Positions 9,952-22,715 of a DNA stretch of 64,000 nucleotides are shown piece by piece (the first letter of the stretch is position 1; each line of letters opens with the position of its first letter). The notes beneath the pieces were generated by a model, which saw nothing but the letters and a program-made list of their open reading frames with translations, had not been told where the DNA came from and searched no databases. The translations under genes were made by a program, and so were the position numbers. This DNA is from Massalongia carnosa (Eukaryota). The stretch is from the NCBI GenBank assembly GCA_965645245.1, contig OZ287080.1:992001-1056000 (forward strand), read 5' to 3'.

Positions 9952-12634
9952 ATGCTCAACATGCTGGCTGAGAAAGTCGTGCAACCGGCGATCAACTCTG
10001 ATCATGTTGCTTATTGCCCAACCATGGACTTGATTGCTCTAGCAACAGTTGATGAGAAGGTTCAAGTCTACAGGCTGAATGGTCAGAGGGTCTTTGGTGT
10101 GGTCAGTAAACACCCAGCCACTAAAGTTAATCAAATTAGGTGGAAGCCCAACGGTGAGAGCCAGTCTAGCTTCATCGGTGACTGAGAATGGCCTGATGGA
10201 ATCGTTTCATTAGGTCAACTACTAGCGGTTGCGTTCAGTAATGGGTTTATTTACTTGACAAACGCGCACACGGGCAAACTGATGCACCAGATAGACTGTT
10301 CATCTCATTCAGATTCACAAATATGTTGCTTGGGCTGGGGAGTCAACTTTTCAGATATACTAGCGGTGCGAACGCAAGTCGAGAAACTAGGGAGTGAGGT
10401 GCTTTTGGATGATCTGTTGAACCAAAGGATAAATGGGGACGAATCTAAGATTCTAGCCGATCTCCCTCGGGATCTAGCGTTCCTTGACGTTGAGGGAACT
10501 TTGCCTAAACTAAGCTCCTTATCACCGGGAGGGAAGGAGTAGGTCGAAAGCTGCTGGAGTGAAAAGGGAGATTTGGGCTGAAGATACGCAGAGACAATAT
10601 TTTCGATTCCAGAGCCTCGTTAGACACCCTTTTCCAGCCATTGACGATAGAATCTACCGATTCAGCAGACATACTTATGATAGGATTTGGGGACGGCACT
10701 GTTCATCTCAGCATTTATGATTTCTTCGAGATTGGTAAATTCAGCCTTCATCAAGCATCTCCCATTCTTCAAGAAATTAAACCCTTATTATATTGTTCCC
10801 ATCCATATTCAACGACACATGCGTTGATGGTGTCCGACTTAACATCTCATGGCTCAGTACTTCATGTTGTTCCACTCGACCTTCGCTTGGTTTCTAATGC
10901 TGGGCGGTATCTCTCACTGTTGGCTTCGAAGTCAACCCAACTACATAACATCTTGCGCTACCTTCATCAAGTTCAGAAAGAAATGTACAGCGAATTCAAA
11001 ATCAGCCAGGATTTGCCGAGCAGATTCATCCGCAACATCGAAGAAACGTTGAAAGAGAAATGTGATTACACGTGGATTCACGCAGCGTACCATCTAGTTG
11101 TCACCGGAAATTGTTTCCCCGTGGTTAAGGAATGGCTAGTGGATGAGTTGGGGGAACGGGTAAGTAGAATCATGAGCCTGATGGTCATATGCTGAAGGAT
11201 GAACAGGGACAAAAGAGATGGGAGAAAGCTATTGTGACAGGATACGAAAATGTACGGCGCTTGACTCATGAGAACCTGCTGCCCGCACTAGAACGCTTCT
11301 GTGTGCTTCTCAGCCGTCTCCGGGGTCTCTCTAAATTTCAAGAATCAAATGCTGTACTGGGCCTATCAATGCAAGAACTTGACAATATATTCGATACCAC
11401 AAACTGTCTCCAGCTCTTAGCACATCATATTCTAATCGCTGCGGGTTCCGAGCTTCGACAATTCTTAGCGTTCTCCACCTGGCTTCGCCAAGAGATAGAA
11501 ATCCAATCCACAGATCCGTCCTCGATGCATGAACATAACGAGAGAGATGTTGATATTGATCATGCTAGCGTACTGAAATATATACAAGGAGCTATGATGA
11601 AAAGTCGCCTGCAGGTATATTTCAAGAATCAGGTACAAGCTGACAATAAATCTCAATGGGACCTTGGAGCCCAACGCAGGTCACTATACGAGTTGTACAA
11701 GCGGGAGCTTCAAGAAAACAGCCCAAACGCCCCTCTAGAAAAAGAACTGCCAGGCCTTGATGCTTTGATTGCCCATTTGAAAATCCAGTGCAATGTGGTC
11801 TTCGCTAGGATTGCCGAGACGCAACGAAGGAACGTCCGGTTCGGTCCCTTGATTGCATTAGGCAGCGGCGTCCCAAATTGCATGGACATGAGGATGGTAA
11901 TAGAGGCAAGCTTCCAAGTATATGTTTATGTTGCCTTCGCTAACCATGGGAGTATAGTATGCGAAAGAAACGAACATATATGTTCTATATGTTGCAGTAG
12001 GGCCAAGAAGCGGGCAGAAAGACAGTGAGGCAACCTGCCGAATATGCAGAGCAAAGTCTACTAACATAGAAGATAGTCAAAATCTACAGAATAGAGTTCA
12101 AGATCGAGAATGGTATGAGTTCTATACATACCATGGAATATACTTTCATCCATACCCAGCAGGAGAATATTCAAGATATTCAATTTGCTGATGACGACAT
12201 CCTCATGCTTGCGGTGTCACGACAGTGTAAGTATATCCGCACAGCGTTAGAAGTCCGCTAACGGTGCTTCGAAAGCTACTTCCTACTTGGTGAGCGTCTT
12301 CTATCGCAGGAAGACAGAGTTGTCCCACGGCCTGAAGTATATCAGATCTTCAATAGCCGCTGATAACAGTCTCCGAGTTAGCCTGGAGGTGCGTGAAATG
12401 GCATCCTCAGGCATATATTTAGCGGACCTCAGGCACGTTGATCAGCACGTTGATCAGCTGGGTCAGGACATCCTTTCGGCAAGTTCTGCTTGGACTACTG
12501 AGAGGATTGAAATCAATGGTCGTAAAGGAAGACGTACTATATGCGTGGTGGATAAAGACAAGATCCACTACCGAATTTATGACCTTGATAGCCTCCTTCA
12601 GGCGGAAGATGAGGCCGAGCAGATAGAAACGTAA
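9952..12634 (+). CDS. APC4: Anaphase-promoting complex subunit 4 (multi-exon)
   Basis: YCPTMDLIALA..VYRLNGQRVF..WKPNG WD40 start, central Apc4 helical domain, C-terminal INGRKGRR..YRIYDLD. GT-AG introns link the ORF pieces. Confidence 0.9.
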
Positions 12635-13832
12635 TCCAACGAGATTTGAAAGAGAAAGAGCTTTGTTCCACCTAATAGATATTTGTGCTCGATAGATTAT
12701 GAACCTGAAGCATATGCACATTTGGTGACTAGTAAAGATGTTTATACAAGCAAACTGAACAAAGTATCTAAAAGTACATTATCTAGCCACCGCGAAACTC
12801 GTTGCTACGCTATCTGATATTTACTCCAACCTATCCGTATCTAACCCATCATATTACAGTTAGTCAACATATCATTCCTATCGTTTTCTGGAATATCTCA
12901 CTCGAATGCTTTCTCCGTCTGCTCTTTCTGACACCTTTATTCCAGAAATTTCTGGGCACGCTCCGCATTCTGACTCTTTGATCAACTAGCTATGTTTGTG
13001 AGTGGGTTGCTGGATGTTGTCCAGCTCAGTCTTCATTTTTGTCTCGTTGCAAGCTACGGCGTTGCGTAGCTTCACCACCACTCTGACTTTGCTTTAAATT
13101 GTGAACATAATAAAAACAATGGCGGATACTTGAAGCAGCAATGGGTAACTAGATTTGCTCCAGAGCTACTTAAGAACACTCTAATGATCACATATTCAGG
13201 AAAATTTCATGATAAACTCACTAGCAGCAATGCCGTTCACTTTCACATATTTGCGTAGCAGTTTGTTAAATCCCTCGAGAGAGCCTTTACAGCCATGTAA
13301 GTCGATTGATTTTTGTCTGTCATTTTTGGATTGGGCTATAAGAAAATTGGGGGTTGTGTTGGATGGATGGTCTCGAGTATCTATGAACCCGTAACGATTT
13401 AGTGCGGAAAGCACGTGATAATGACTTTCCGTATGTTCATACAAACGACTTAACTGCCACTTTCCGATTTTCATCATATTGAGTGCTCTGGACAAAGTAC
13501 TCTTAATTCGTACTCTTCAACTCTGTACCTTCGTTTGATATCTTCCCTCAGATACTTATGTAACGTACTCCGTACCAATTGTGTCTTTCGTTTCACCTCA
13601 CCCACAACTCCTCACCCAAATAAAACCGACGCATCATAGCGAGCACAGGCATCTAACTAGGGCTGTTAGGGAACGGCAACAAGCAACCGATTCGCCAGGC
13701 TACACTACCTTACTCTAGCGCGTCGTTCAAGTCTACTGAAAATTATTGCTGCATCTTCCAGTTAGAGCTTGCCAACAGCTTTGAGCGTCCAAAACAAGAG
13801 CAGTGTCGTATCGTCGAGCTTACCCACAGACG

Positions 13833-16800
13833 ATGAATGTGAACCAGGTCCTTGAGAGCACGCTCTCACCAGGTGAGTGGCGCAAAGTCACCAATAACAT
13901 TGCTAAGAGTGAATTGCAAGTATTGACATATTTGAACAGATGCATCAATACGCCAAAATGCAGAACAACAACTATCGCAAGCTGCTGAAGTCGATTTCGT
14001 GAGTTCCTGTTCCTTGCTGGACTGAACTGGGTTTATACCGCATGTGACAGCCCTGTTCTGACATTTTGTTAGTCTACTTACCTCACTACTTTGGCACAAG
14101 AGCTTGCCAACGAGCATGCCCAGCCTCATATACGTACTGCTGCTGGAATTGCCCTAAAAAATGCTTTCTCTGCCAGAGAATATACTCGCTTGCGTGACTT
14201 GCAGCAACGATGGCTTGAGCAGGTTAACTCAAGCGCAAGGGCGGCAGTAAAGGATCTAGCGCTGAAAACATTAGCCTCAAAAGATGGACGTGCCGGACAG
14301 TCCGCAGCGCAGTTTATTGCATCAATAGCGGCAATTGAACTACCCAAGAATGAATGGCCTCAGTTGATGCCAGCCCTTGTAACGAATGTCGGCGAAGGGG
14401 CGGACCATCTTAAACAAGCCTCGCTGGCCACAATAGGCTTTATTTGTGACACAGAAGATACCGAACTCCGAGATAGTCTTGTACAGCACTCCAATGCCAT
14501 TCTTACTGCTGTAGTGCAGGGCGCACGGAAAGAAGAAACAAACCTTGATGTCAGGAATGCAGCCATTACAGCGCTAGGGGACTCCTTGGAGTTTGTTCGA
14601 ACCAATTTTGAAAATGAGGGAGAACGAAACTACATCATGCAGGTTATCTGTGAAGCTACTCAGTCGGGCGATGCTCGCATCGAAGCAGGAGCGTATGGGT
14701 GTTTGAATAGAATCATGGGACTTTACTATGACAAAATGAAGTTCTATATGGAGAAGGCGCTTTTTGGGCTAACCGTCATGGGTATGAAGAGTGAGGAAGA
14801 GGATGTCGCGAAGCTTGCGGTTGAATTCTGGAGTACGGTTTGTGAGGAAGAAATCGCTATAGAGGATGATAACGTTTTGGTATATAAACCTTGCATCTTC
14901 TACGGTCTAGGCCGCTGACACACTGCCTAGGCTCAAGCAGAAGGATCTACTGAAATGAGACCTTACTTTAGCTTCGCTCGAATAGCAGCGCGAGAGGTCG
15001 TCCCGGTCCTTCTAGAGCTTTTAGCTCGGCAGGATGAAGATGCCGGGGATGAGGATTACAATATTTCCAGAGCTGCCTATCAATGCTTGCAGTTGTATGC
15101 GCAAACCGTTGGTGGAGATTTAATACAGATTGTTCTAGGTTTCGTGGAACAGAATCTGCGTCACGCGGATTGGCATTGGCGAGATGCAGCAGTCTCCGCC
15201 TTTGGTGCGATTATGGAAGGGCCCGATGAGAAGACGCTCGATCCATTGATCAAACAAGCCTTGCCTGTGCTCATCGGCATGATGGAAGATAGTGTTGTTC
15301 AAGTTAAAGATTCCGCGGCATATGCTTTAGGCCGTATCTGTGAAAATGTATCGGAGTCCATCGACTCACAGATACATTTACCTCAACTAATAGGTGCTTT
15401 GTTCGCCGGCTTATCCAGCAATCCAAAAATGGCTGGCTCTTGCTGCTGGGCGTTGATGAACCTTGCGGACAGGTTCGCTGGTGAACCGGGTTGTCAAGAA
15501 AATCCATTATCCGTTCACTTTCAAAACAGTATAACTCACCTCCTAGGTGTAACAGAGAGGTAAGCGATCTAAAGCAAGAGTTTCTTGTCCGACGCAGAAC
15601 CTATCGCTAGGCTAACTCTTTCAATAGTGCTGAAGCTGACAATCAGCTTCGAATGGCCGCCTATGAGGTACTAAACTCGTTTGTCACCAACGCTGCTAAC
15701 GATAGCCTCCACATTGTGGCGAAACTTTCTGATATCATTCTTCAACGTTTGGAAAACACTATTCCCATGCAGCAGCAGATTGTTAGCGTTGAAGACCGTA
15801 TTACGCTGGAGGAGATTCAAACTAGCCTAACAAGCGTTTTGCTGGTAAGTGCTTTCATCAGCGACCTTCATCAGTCTTCCCTTTGACTTACCACCTGAAG
15901 GCTATCATTCAACGCCTTGAAGGTCAAATAAAGCCCCAAGCGAATCACATCATGCATGTGATCCTCCAGATCCTTAACACTGTTGGTACCAAATCAAGCG
16001 TTCCAGACACGGTTTTTGCCGCAGTGGGTGCTCTTTCCAATGCCCTGGAAGCGGATTTTGCCAAGTATATGGACTCTTTCGTACCTTTCCTGTATAATGC
16101 GCTAGGGACTCATGACGAACTGGGACTTTGCGCAATGGCTATTGGATTGGTTAGCGATATTACACGGTCGTTAGGAGAGGCATCCCAGCCTTATTGCGAT
16201 ACTTTCATGAATTATCTACTCAATAATTTACGGGTGCGTGTTAAGATATTAAGTTTTCGAAGAAAATCGCTAATCGACTGCAGAGTACCTCTGTCAGCAA
16301 CCAGTTTAAACCGGCAATCCTGCAATGTTTTGGAGACATTGCGCAGGCTATTGGTCCACACTTCGAAACGTATCTGGAAGTCGTTGCGTTGGTTTTGCAA
16401 CAGGCAGCCATGGTAACAATGAGCGATAATGGCGCCTTTGAAATGCTTGATTACATTATTTCTTTGAGAGAGGGCATAATGGATGCTTGGTCGGGCATCA
16501 TACTTGCGCTAAAGCAAGGAAAGGGTATGTGGCTCCTTCGTCCTTGCCGATGGTTTCTTACGTGATTTAGCTCATCTTTTGACACAATATGTCGAGTCAA
16601 TTTTTAAATTATTGAACACCGTGGCACAAGACCCCAATAGAAGTGAAGCTCTGTTACGCTCGGCGATGGGCGTCATTGGGTATGATGCTTCGCATACCCA
16701 CGTTCAAGACGTTTTGCTAACAATGGGGTAGCGATTTAGCCGACACATTTCCTCAAGGGGAATACGCTGAATACTACCGCGCCGAATGGGTGTCACAGCT

Positions 16801-16918
16801 AATCAAAGATACTCGATCGAACCGTGACTTCCAATCACGTACGGTTGAAACAGCTCGTTGGGCCCGTGAGCAGATGAAGAGACAGATAACAAGTGCGCAT
16901 GGAGGGCACATGTCCTAG
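13833..16918 (+). CDS. KAP95: Importin subunit beta-1 (multi-exon)
   Basis: IBN_N motif (IRTAAGIALKN), HEAT repeats, NFENEGERNYIMQVICEATQ, AVEFWSTVCEEE and RDAAVSAFGAIMEGP. Stop TAG ends at 16918. Confidence 0.95.
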
Positions 16919-18065
16919 AGACTCCCTATCATCGGACTAATGCCGCCGCAGCCTGCAAAACGACTCCTCCTGATCGAACCAATAGCCGTTGATCTCATCC
17001 GACAATCCAGTTCACCACGGATATTCGGGGTCAAAGGCAAAATCACGATCTTACTCGCAAGGTCTAGTCGATACCAGCTTGCTGGAGCCTAGGCCCGCTG
17101 CAGGGATCGCGGCTCCCTCTCCCAGCTCCCCAGCATACCGAACTATCACACCTAACAATATGATCCGAAACCGAAACGCCCTCAACACGCCAAACCCTCC
17201 CCAACCCCCCCTTCACCACCCCAGCAGACGTACCACCATCACATTATGTGTGAATGTAGCACCTCTCAGCACTTGCACCAGCACAACACCCTACAGTCCG
17301 GAACGCTTCACACCCCCCTCCGTTGCGCTCCAGCCTTGGCAGGGGCTTCCCCGACTGTTTGCTCGCGAATAATCTGATGTTCCGAAGTCATGTATGCCCA
17401 ATTCAATGTATCCCAACCTATGGCCTAGATGGCTCACTCCTGGCGGCCATTTTCTCTTTGAACATAGTGTCATTATCACATTGCCTGATTCCTGATGCAG
17501 GATACCCTGTCAGCCTGTCTTGAGCTTTGTTCGCTGCGCAGAAGCACGAGTGGGCCACCAGTTGAAATAAATAGAATAGGTTTAGAGAGCGAGACTTAAT
17601 CCAGTGAACCCCTTACTCTTAGGCTTTGTAGATGAGAGCTGTCCCTGTGTAGGAATAGCCTCCCTCTTGACGGGTTCGTGTAGCTTAATTCCGTTTGGCT
17701 AGTGGAGAGATTCGAATAGTCTAGTGCTTCAAGTCGTCTTTACATGCAACTAAGGGACCTCGCTACAAGATCCATGTAGTAGTTAACACATCTACAGCGG
17801 TGTGTGGCCATGATGTTTGTGCAACGAGACCTAGCCATGAAAAATTCTTTCCTCGAGAACGGTTTCTGACGGCTAGTGTACTTGTAGGTTTCTTGTCGAG
17901 CAACTCGCAGTCCAATACGTCATCGGTAATTCTGGAGTTTATCGGGATACAGGGATTAGACAACATCGATTGTTAGGGCTAGGGCAAAGGGCTGCTGTCA
18001 GCTGTCTCGGTTTATATTCCGTGTAAAGATAATCCGCTTTCGTCTTTGCTCTTACATATCTGATA

Positions 18066-19649
18066 ATGGATCCAATTCTTCAAGAGGAGCTCTCTACCAC
18101 AGACCCAACTATTCCTTTTCGTGCCTCTGGCAGTCATCACCATCATACATGGGCCAAAACGTTTCATTCATACCCGGAGCTCTACATCCAACCCCAATCC
18201 GCAGAAGAAATCCAAAAGGTTATCACGTTGGCTAGAAGATGTCGGCGTAGGATCGCTATTGCTGGTTGCGCTCATTCCCCTTCAGATCTCACCTGCACAT
18301 CTTCCTGGCTGCTAAATCTCGATCAATTCGACAAGATACTAGATATTGATGTGGAACAGCGCGTCGTGCTGATGCAGTCGGGTATAAGACTACACGCTCT
18401 AGCCCGAGAATTGAAGCAGTATGGCCTCGCTTTGCCAAACCTAGGGAGCATCGATCATCAGTCAATTGCCGGCGCCATCGGAACTGCAACCCACGGGAGC
18501 TCCACAAGACACGGCATTCTGTCACAATCTGTCCTCGGTTTGAGCATCATGCTAGCGAACGGTCGCACGGTATCCTGTTCAGCAGAAGAAAATCCGGATC
18601 TCTTCCGTGCCGCCCTTGTGAGTTTAGGGGTTTTGGGAATAATCACCGAAGTCATGTTCCAGGCGGTTCCTGCTTTCAACATCGAGTGGCACCAAAGTCT
18701 ACATCCGCTCGAAGAACTTCTCACAGATTGGGAAAAGGATTTATGGACGCGGGCAGAGTTTACTCGAGTATGGTGGATGCCGTACATGAAGAAATGCATC
18801 AGGTGGAGGGCTAATAAAACCGACCAACCACGTAAGCCTCTAGTCGCGAGTTGGTGGGGCGGGCTTGTTGGGTATCATTCCTATCACATCCTTCTGTACG
18901 TTGCCCAATGGTTCCCCGCTCTGTTGCCCGGGATCGAGAAATTTGTGATTGCCGTCCAATATGGATCTGCAGAGGGGGCGGGTAGCAGGGGTGTTGAAGA
19001 AGGCCATAAAGGCTTGCTGATGAACTGCCTTTACTCACAATTCGTCAATGAGTGGGCTGTTCCACTTCATCGTGGCCCAGAAGCAATCTCTCGGATGTCA
19101 GCATGGCTACATGGAGATCAAAAAGCTTCACGCATACCATTCAGTTCAAAAGGGGTGTATATCCACGCTCCTATTGAGGTTCGCGTGAGTGATACTTCTA
19201 GTACTACGCCTCGGCCTTACCTTGACAACACCATACCCGATGGCCCTACTCTTTACCTTAATGCAACACTTTACCGGCCTTATGGTCATGACCCTCCTTG
19301 CCGCGAACGTTATTACGAGGCATTCGAATGGCTTATGAGGGAGATGGGGGGAAGACCTCACTGGGCCAAGAATTTCAGCACTGTGAACAGAAAAGACGTT
19401 GAAGCTATGTACCCTGAGATTGATGATTGGAGGCGCATACGTAATGAGGTTGACTCGGATGGGATGTTTGTTGGTGATTGGCATCGGCGACTTCTTTTGC
19501 CGGACGAGGAAGAAAGTCCGACCCTGTCATTTGAAGAAAGGAAAACTAGCACCCAACCTGTATCAAGTGGTGGTGTTGAGTGGAGAGGCGAGATATTACG
19601 CGCGGCTTTAAGACCTAAAACAAGTGAAGAAAGCTTTGAGTTAATGTAA
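18066..19649 (+). CDS. ALO1: D-arabinono-1,4-lactone oxidase (FAD-linked sugar lactone oxidase)
   Basis: Intronless 527-aa ORF with HSPSDL, LPNLGSI..QSIAGAIGTATHGS, HAPIEVR and GGRPHWAK. Confidence 0.93.
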   Translation: MDPILQEELSTTDPTIPFRASGSHHHHTWAKTFHSYPELYIQPQSAEEIQKVITLARRCRRRIAIAGCAHSPSDLTCTSSWLLNLDQFDKILDIDVEQRVVLMQSGIRLHALARELKQYGLALPNLGSIDHQSIAGAIGTATHGSSTRHGILSQSVLGLSIMLANGRTVSCSAEENPDLFRAALVSLGVLGIITEVMFQAVPAFNIEWHQSLHPLEELLTDWEKDLWTRAEFTRVWWMPYMKKCIRWRANKTDQPRKPLVASWWGGLVGYHSYHILLYVAQWFPALLPGIEKFVIAVQYGSAEGAGSRGVEEGHKGLLMNCLYSQFVNEWAVPLHRGPEAISRMSAWLHGDQKASRIPFSSKGVYIHAPIEVRVSDTSSTTPRPYLDNTIPDGPTLYLNATLYRPYGHDPPCRERYYEAFEWLMREMGGRPHWAKNFSTVNRKDVEAMYPEIDDWRRIRNEVDSDGMFVGDWHRRLLLPDEEESPTLSFEERKTSTQPVSSGGVEWRGEILRAALRPKTSEESFELM

Positions 19650-20927
19650 GGTGTCGTGCACCGAACCTGATTAAAGATACTGAAGCATTATGATCGTGAA
19701 CCGATTGAGCTGGCTAGTCATATGCTGAACCTTCTTCATTGCTACCTTAAAAGCTTTACGTCCTAACCTACAAAGCATGTCTCCCTTCGTCAATATTAGA
19801 ATCATCGACCATGGCATCAAGGTCTCTCGATAATCCTAGGAAGCAGTACCAATCTTATCTCTCCTACGGGCTCCAGCATAAAATGGACATTTCTGCCATT
19901 CACGAGCCTCATCTAAAAAAACACTCCCACCCACCCACGCCAATACGGCCTTTACTCCCACGGCCCTCCCCAGAGATCACCCAGCCATCACCAGGCGACA
20001 TTAGCTATTGCCAACCAAGAAGGGGGGATCTGCCCATGAAGTTACCTAGCTTTTCCCCTCCTCTGACGACCTTATACCTTCTCCGACCCCTCCCCCAAAT
20101 CCCATTCTTCGGTGAATCCGAACCAGGGGAAAAAAAGCCTAGTCCTCGGGGGCGCGCCGTTGATCAGCGGATGGCCTGGAGCCCCAATTGTGCAAAGCCT
20201 AGGGTTAACTACCTTTTTCTTCCCTCTAGCGCTTAAAAGGCTCCAAGAAGGGGAAACGGGACGGTTATATATATTCCCAGGAGGGTGGGCGGGGGGGGCA
20301 ATCTCATCTCTCTCTGCGTTTACCATGTGGGAAGCTCGGCGGGAAACTTGGATTAAGCCGTGGTTTAGAGTTGTCTCTCTACGCAGTGCTGGGATTGGCA
20401 GGTTGTTAGGAACCCAGCGGGGGTATACTTGCATTGTACACGTTATACACATACGTACATATATACATGACTGTGGATATTTGAAAGAGAGCAGAATGAA
20501 CGCATCCCCCGCGACTTCCAAGATTTTCCATCCACGTACATTCACCAAAGTCCCCTTTTCACTAACAGCTTCCACCACCAACCCATCATATATAAAAAAA
20601 ACCATCCACCCACATACATACATTTTATACATACATTTTATACATGCCAATCCTCTTCCCCCCCCCCCTTTCCACTCCACCAATGCACCTAGGTAGGTAT
20701 GTAGAAAATGGCAAAGCAAACCTTACCTATATTCCCTAACCCCCGATAGGGGGTAAGCGCCCACGCAACAAAGGGCAACAAAGGGCAAGGAGGCATGACC
20801 TACCTACCTACCTACCTAGACAGGTAGATAGATAAACAAAAAAGCAGGTAGGTAAATAGGCAGGTATAAAACCGACAGGCCAGCAGCCACACACTCCACC
20901 GTTCCCCGTTTCCCTCCATCATCCCCA

Positions 20928-20965
20928 CTCCTCCTCCTCCTCCTCCTCCTCCTCCTCCTCCTCCT
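20928..20965. repeat. (CCT)n microsatellite in a low-complexity intergenic region
   Basis: Directly visible. Confidence 0.9.
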
Positions 20966-21712
20966 CTTCCTCCCTTCTTTCCGTCTCGCTCCTCAACACA
21001 CCGGAAAGACAGCGAGCTCCAGCAACCCTTGCCTATCCCTCCCTCTCCCAGTGGCGATGGCAGTGTCCAGAGCCAGTGCCAGTGCCAGTGACAGGGAAAG
21101 ACGGAAAGAGAAAACGAGCACACAGCCATCTTTCCTTCCTTCCTTCCAATAAATTCCTCACCCCAACCCCCCTTCATTTTCTTATCCATCCATCCACCCA
21201 TCCACCCATCATCAACCTACCACACACACCCCCCCGTTCCACCCCCAACTGAACCAAATTCAAAACCACGAGGAGGATTTTAGTAGACCATTTCCCCCCT
21301 CCCTCCCTCCTCCCATCGCCATCTCCTACCCCATTCCCCAAAAAGGGACAGGGGAGGGGGAGGGGAGGGGGGAACTGCTGCGAGTCGTGCCACCTTTGAG
21401 TGTGGTGCGCCTTTGGTGATTGTTGGGTTAGAGGTCCGGGGTTTTTTTTTTCGAGGGTGTGTGAGGGGAGAGGAGGGAAGGAGTGAGAGAGTAGAGTCGA
21501 AATTTTGCCGGAGAAGGCGTTACCGCGTCATGATATGCCGAGGTATGGGTGTGAAGATTGGGAAATCCGTTCTGCTGCTTCCAATTAGGCATTTGGCGTG
21601 GTGTGCAGTGAGCGAGTAATCCTTTCTTCATTCCTTCCTTCTTCACTTCCCACTTAACAAACAGCCCAATCAATCTCCCCCTCCCCCTCCCCTCCCTCCC
21701 TTCCTCCGGAGG

Positions 21713-22108
21713 TCACCCTTCGTCAAAAAAATCCAATCCCCCAAAAAATGCCATCATCTTGTCACACAAACCCTCTTCGTCCCCCTCGCCTTGCCTCCCC
21801 CCAAAAATCCTCGTCCTCATCCGCTCCGCATGCTCCCCCTCCAATCGTGCCTGTGTCTGCCACGTGAGAGCCCGCCATCTTCGCAGGTGTTGTTCCGCTT
21901 GGCGGAATTGGGGCTCAGCCGGGCGGGAGGAATACATCCGTGGGAGAGATGACGGGAGGGGGAAAGAGTAAGGGAACGAACTGCCGGCCGGTGATGAGGA
22001 TGACAACGAGAGGAAGAGTGGTGAGGGGAGGGAGAAGGTAGGGGGGTCGGGGTTTTTGGTGGTGTGATAACGGTGGGTGCGTGTGCGGCGGCGGTTGTGG
22101 CGGCTCAT
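21713..22108 (-). CDS. Small hypothetical protein with basic N-terminus (MSRHNRRRTR)
   Basis: 131-aa ATG ORF ending IFGG..EEGLCDKMMAFFGGLDF, with a TATA-like element and TGASTCA cluster upstream. Confidence 0.6.
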   Translation of the reverse strand: MSRHNRRRTRTHRYHTTKNPDPPTFSLPSPLFLSLSSSSPAGSSFPYSFPLPSSLPRMYSSRPAEPQFRQAEQHLRRWRALTWQTQARLEGEHAERMRTRIFGGRQGEGDEEGLCDKMMAFFGGLDFFDEG

Positions 22109-22240
22109 AGTCGGGCACGTAGTGTACTCTGTATGCAAGAAGGGGTAATATGGGAGATTGGACGAAGAGAGCCAGATGACTTGTGGAGAATGAAAAGATG
22201 ATGAATGGTGTTTCTTTTAAGCTATATAAATCTCGTCCTG

Positions 22241-22372
22241 TGAGTCATGAGCCAGTCATGAGTTGCGCCAAGGACATGACTCATCATGATGTACGCGCAA
22301 AGAACGCGAGGAGCTATGACAGATTCACAAAGTCACATGTATATGAGTCACATGATGTAGTCATGTGACTCA
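22241..22372. promoter_or_regulatory. Cluster of four TGA(C/G)TCA bZIP (Gcn4/CpcA/AP-1-type) sites
   Basis: Perfect sites start at 22241, 22277, 22344 and 22366. Confidence 0.6.
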
Positions 22373-22715
22373 TACACCGAATCCTTCCGGCTCGATATTC
22401 ACGTGTCCAGCTGTGAACAAATGGTCTAATGCTTGTAGAAAAGATATGTAAAAACGATTGAGCTTGGAAAGCTAAGTAGGCAAGCAACCGGACCAAGACA
22501 TCAATTAAGTGAGGCACGTGCACCATGAAAAGAATAGAAATAGTCGTCAAGAGCCAGGAAGCAGATCAAATGCCAGGGCGATAGCTATTTAAAAAGCACT
22601 TTAGCACCCGTAAAAGCCAGAAAGCGAAGCCAAACAGCAGCCCGCCGAAAGACATCCTGCCAATCGAAACACTCATCCTCCGTTTTAAGCAAATTTTAAA
22701 AGTATCAGCCCAACG

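Noticed and set aside
11897..11957. GC-AG intron in APC4 (GAG|GCAAGC at 11906)
   Set aside because: An in-frame GT donor (ATG|GTAATA) lies 9 nt upstream, so this cannot be decided without transcripts.
12841..13495. Spliced minus-strand gene or snoRNA host between APC4 and KAP95
   Set aside because: There are intron-like signals but no recognisable protein or complete snoRNA boxes.
19811..21673. Several 100-200-aa ORFs
   Set aside because: They arise from low-complexity and microsatellite sequence and have no recognisable motifs.
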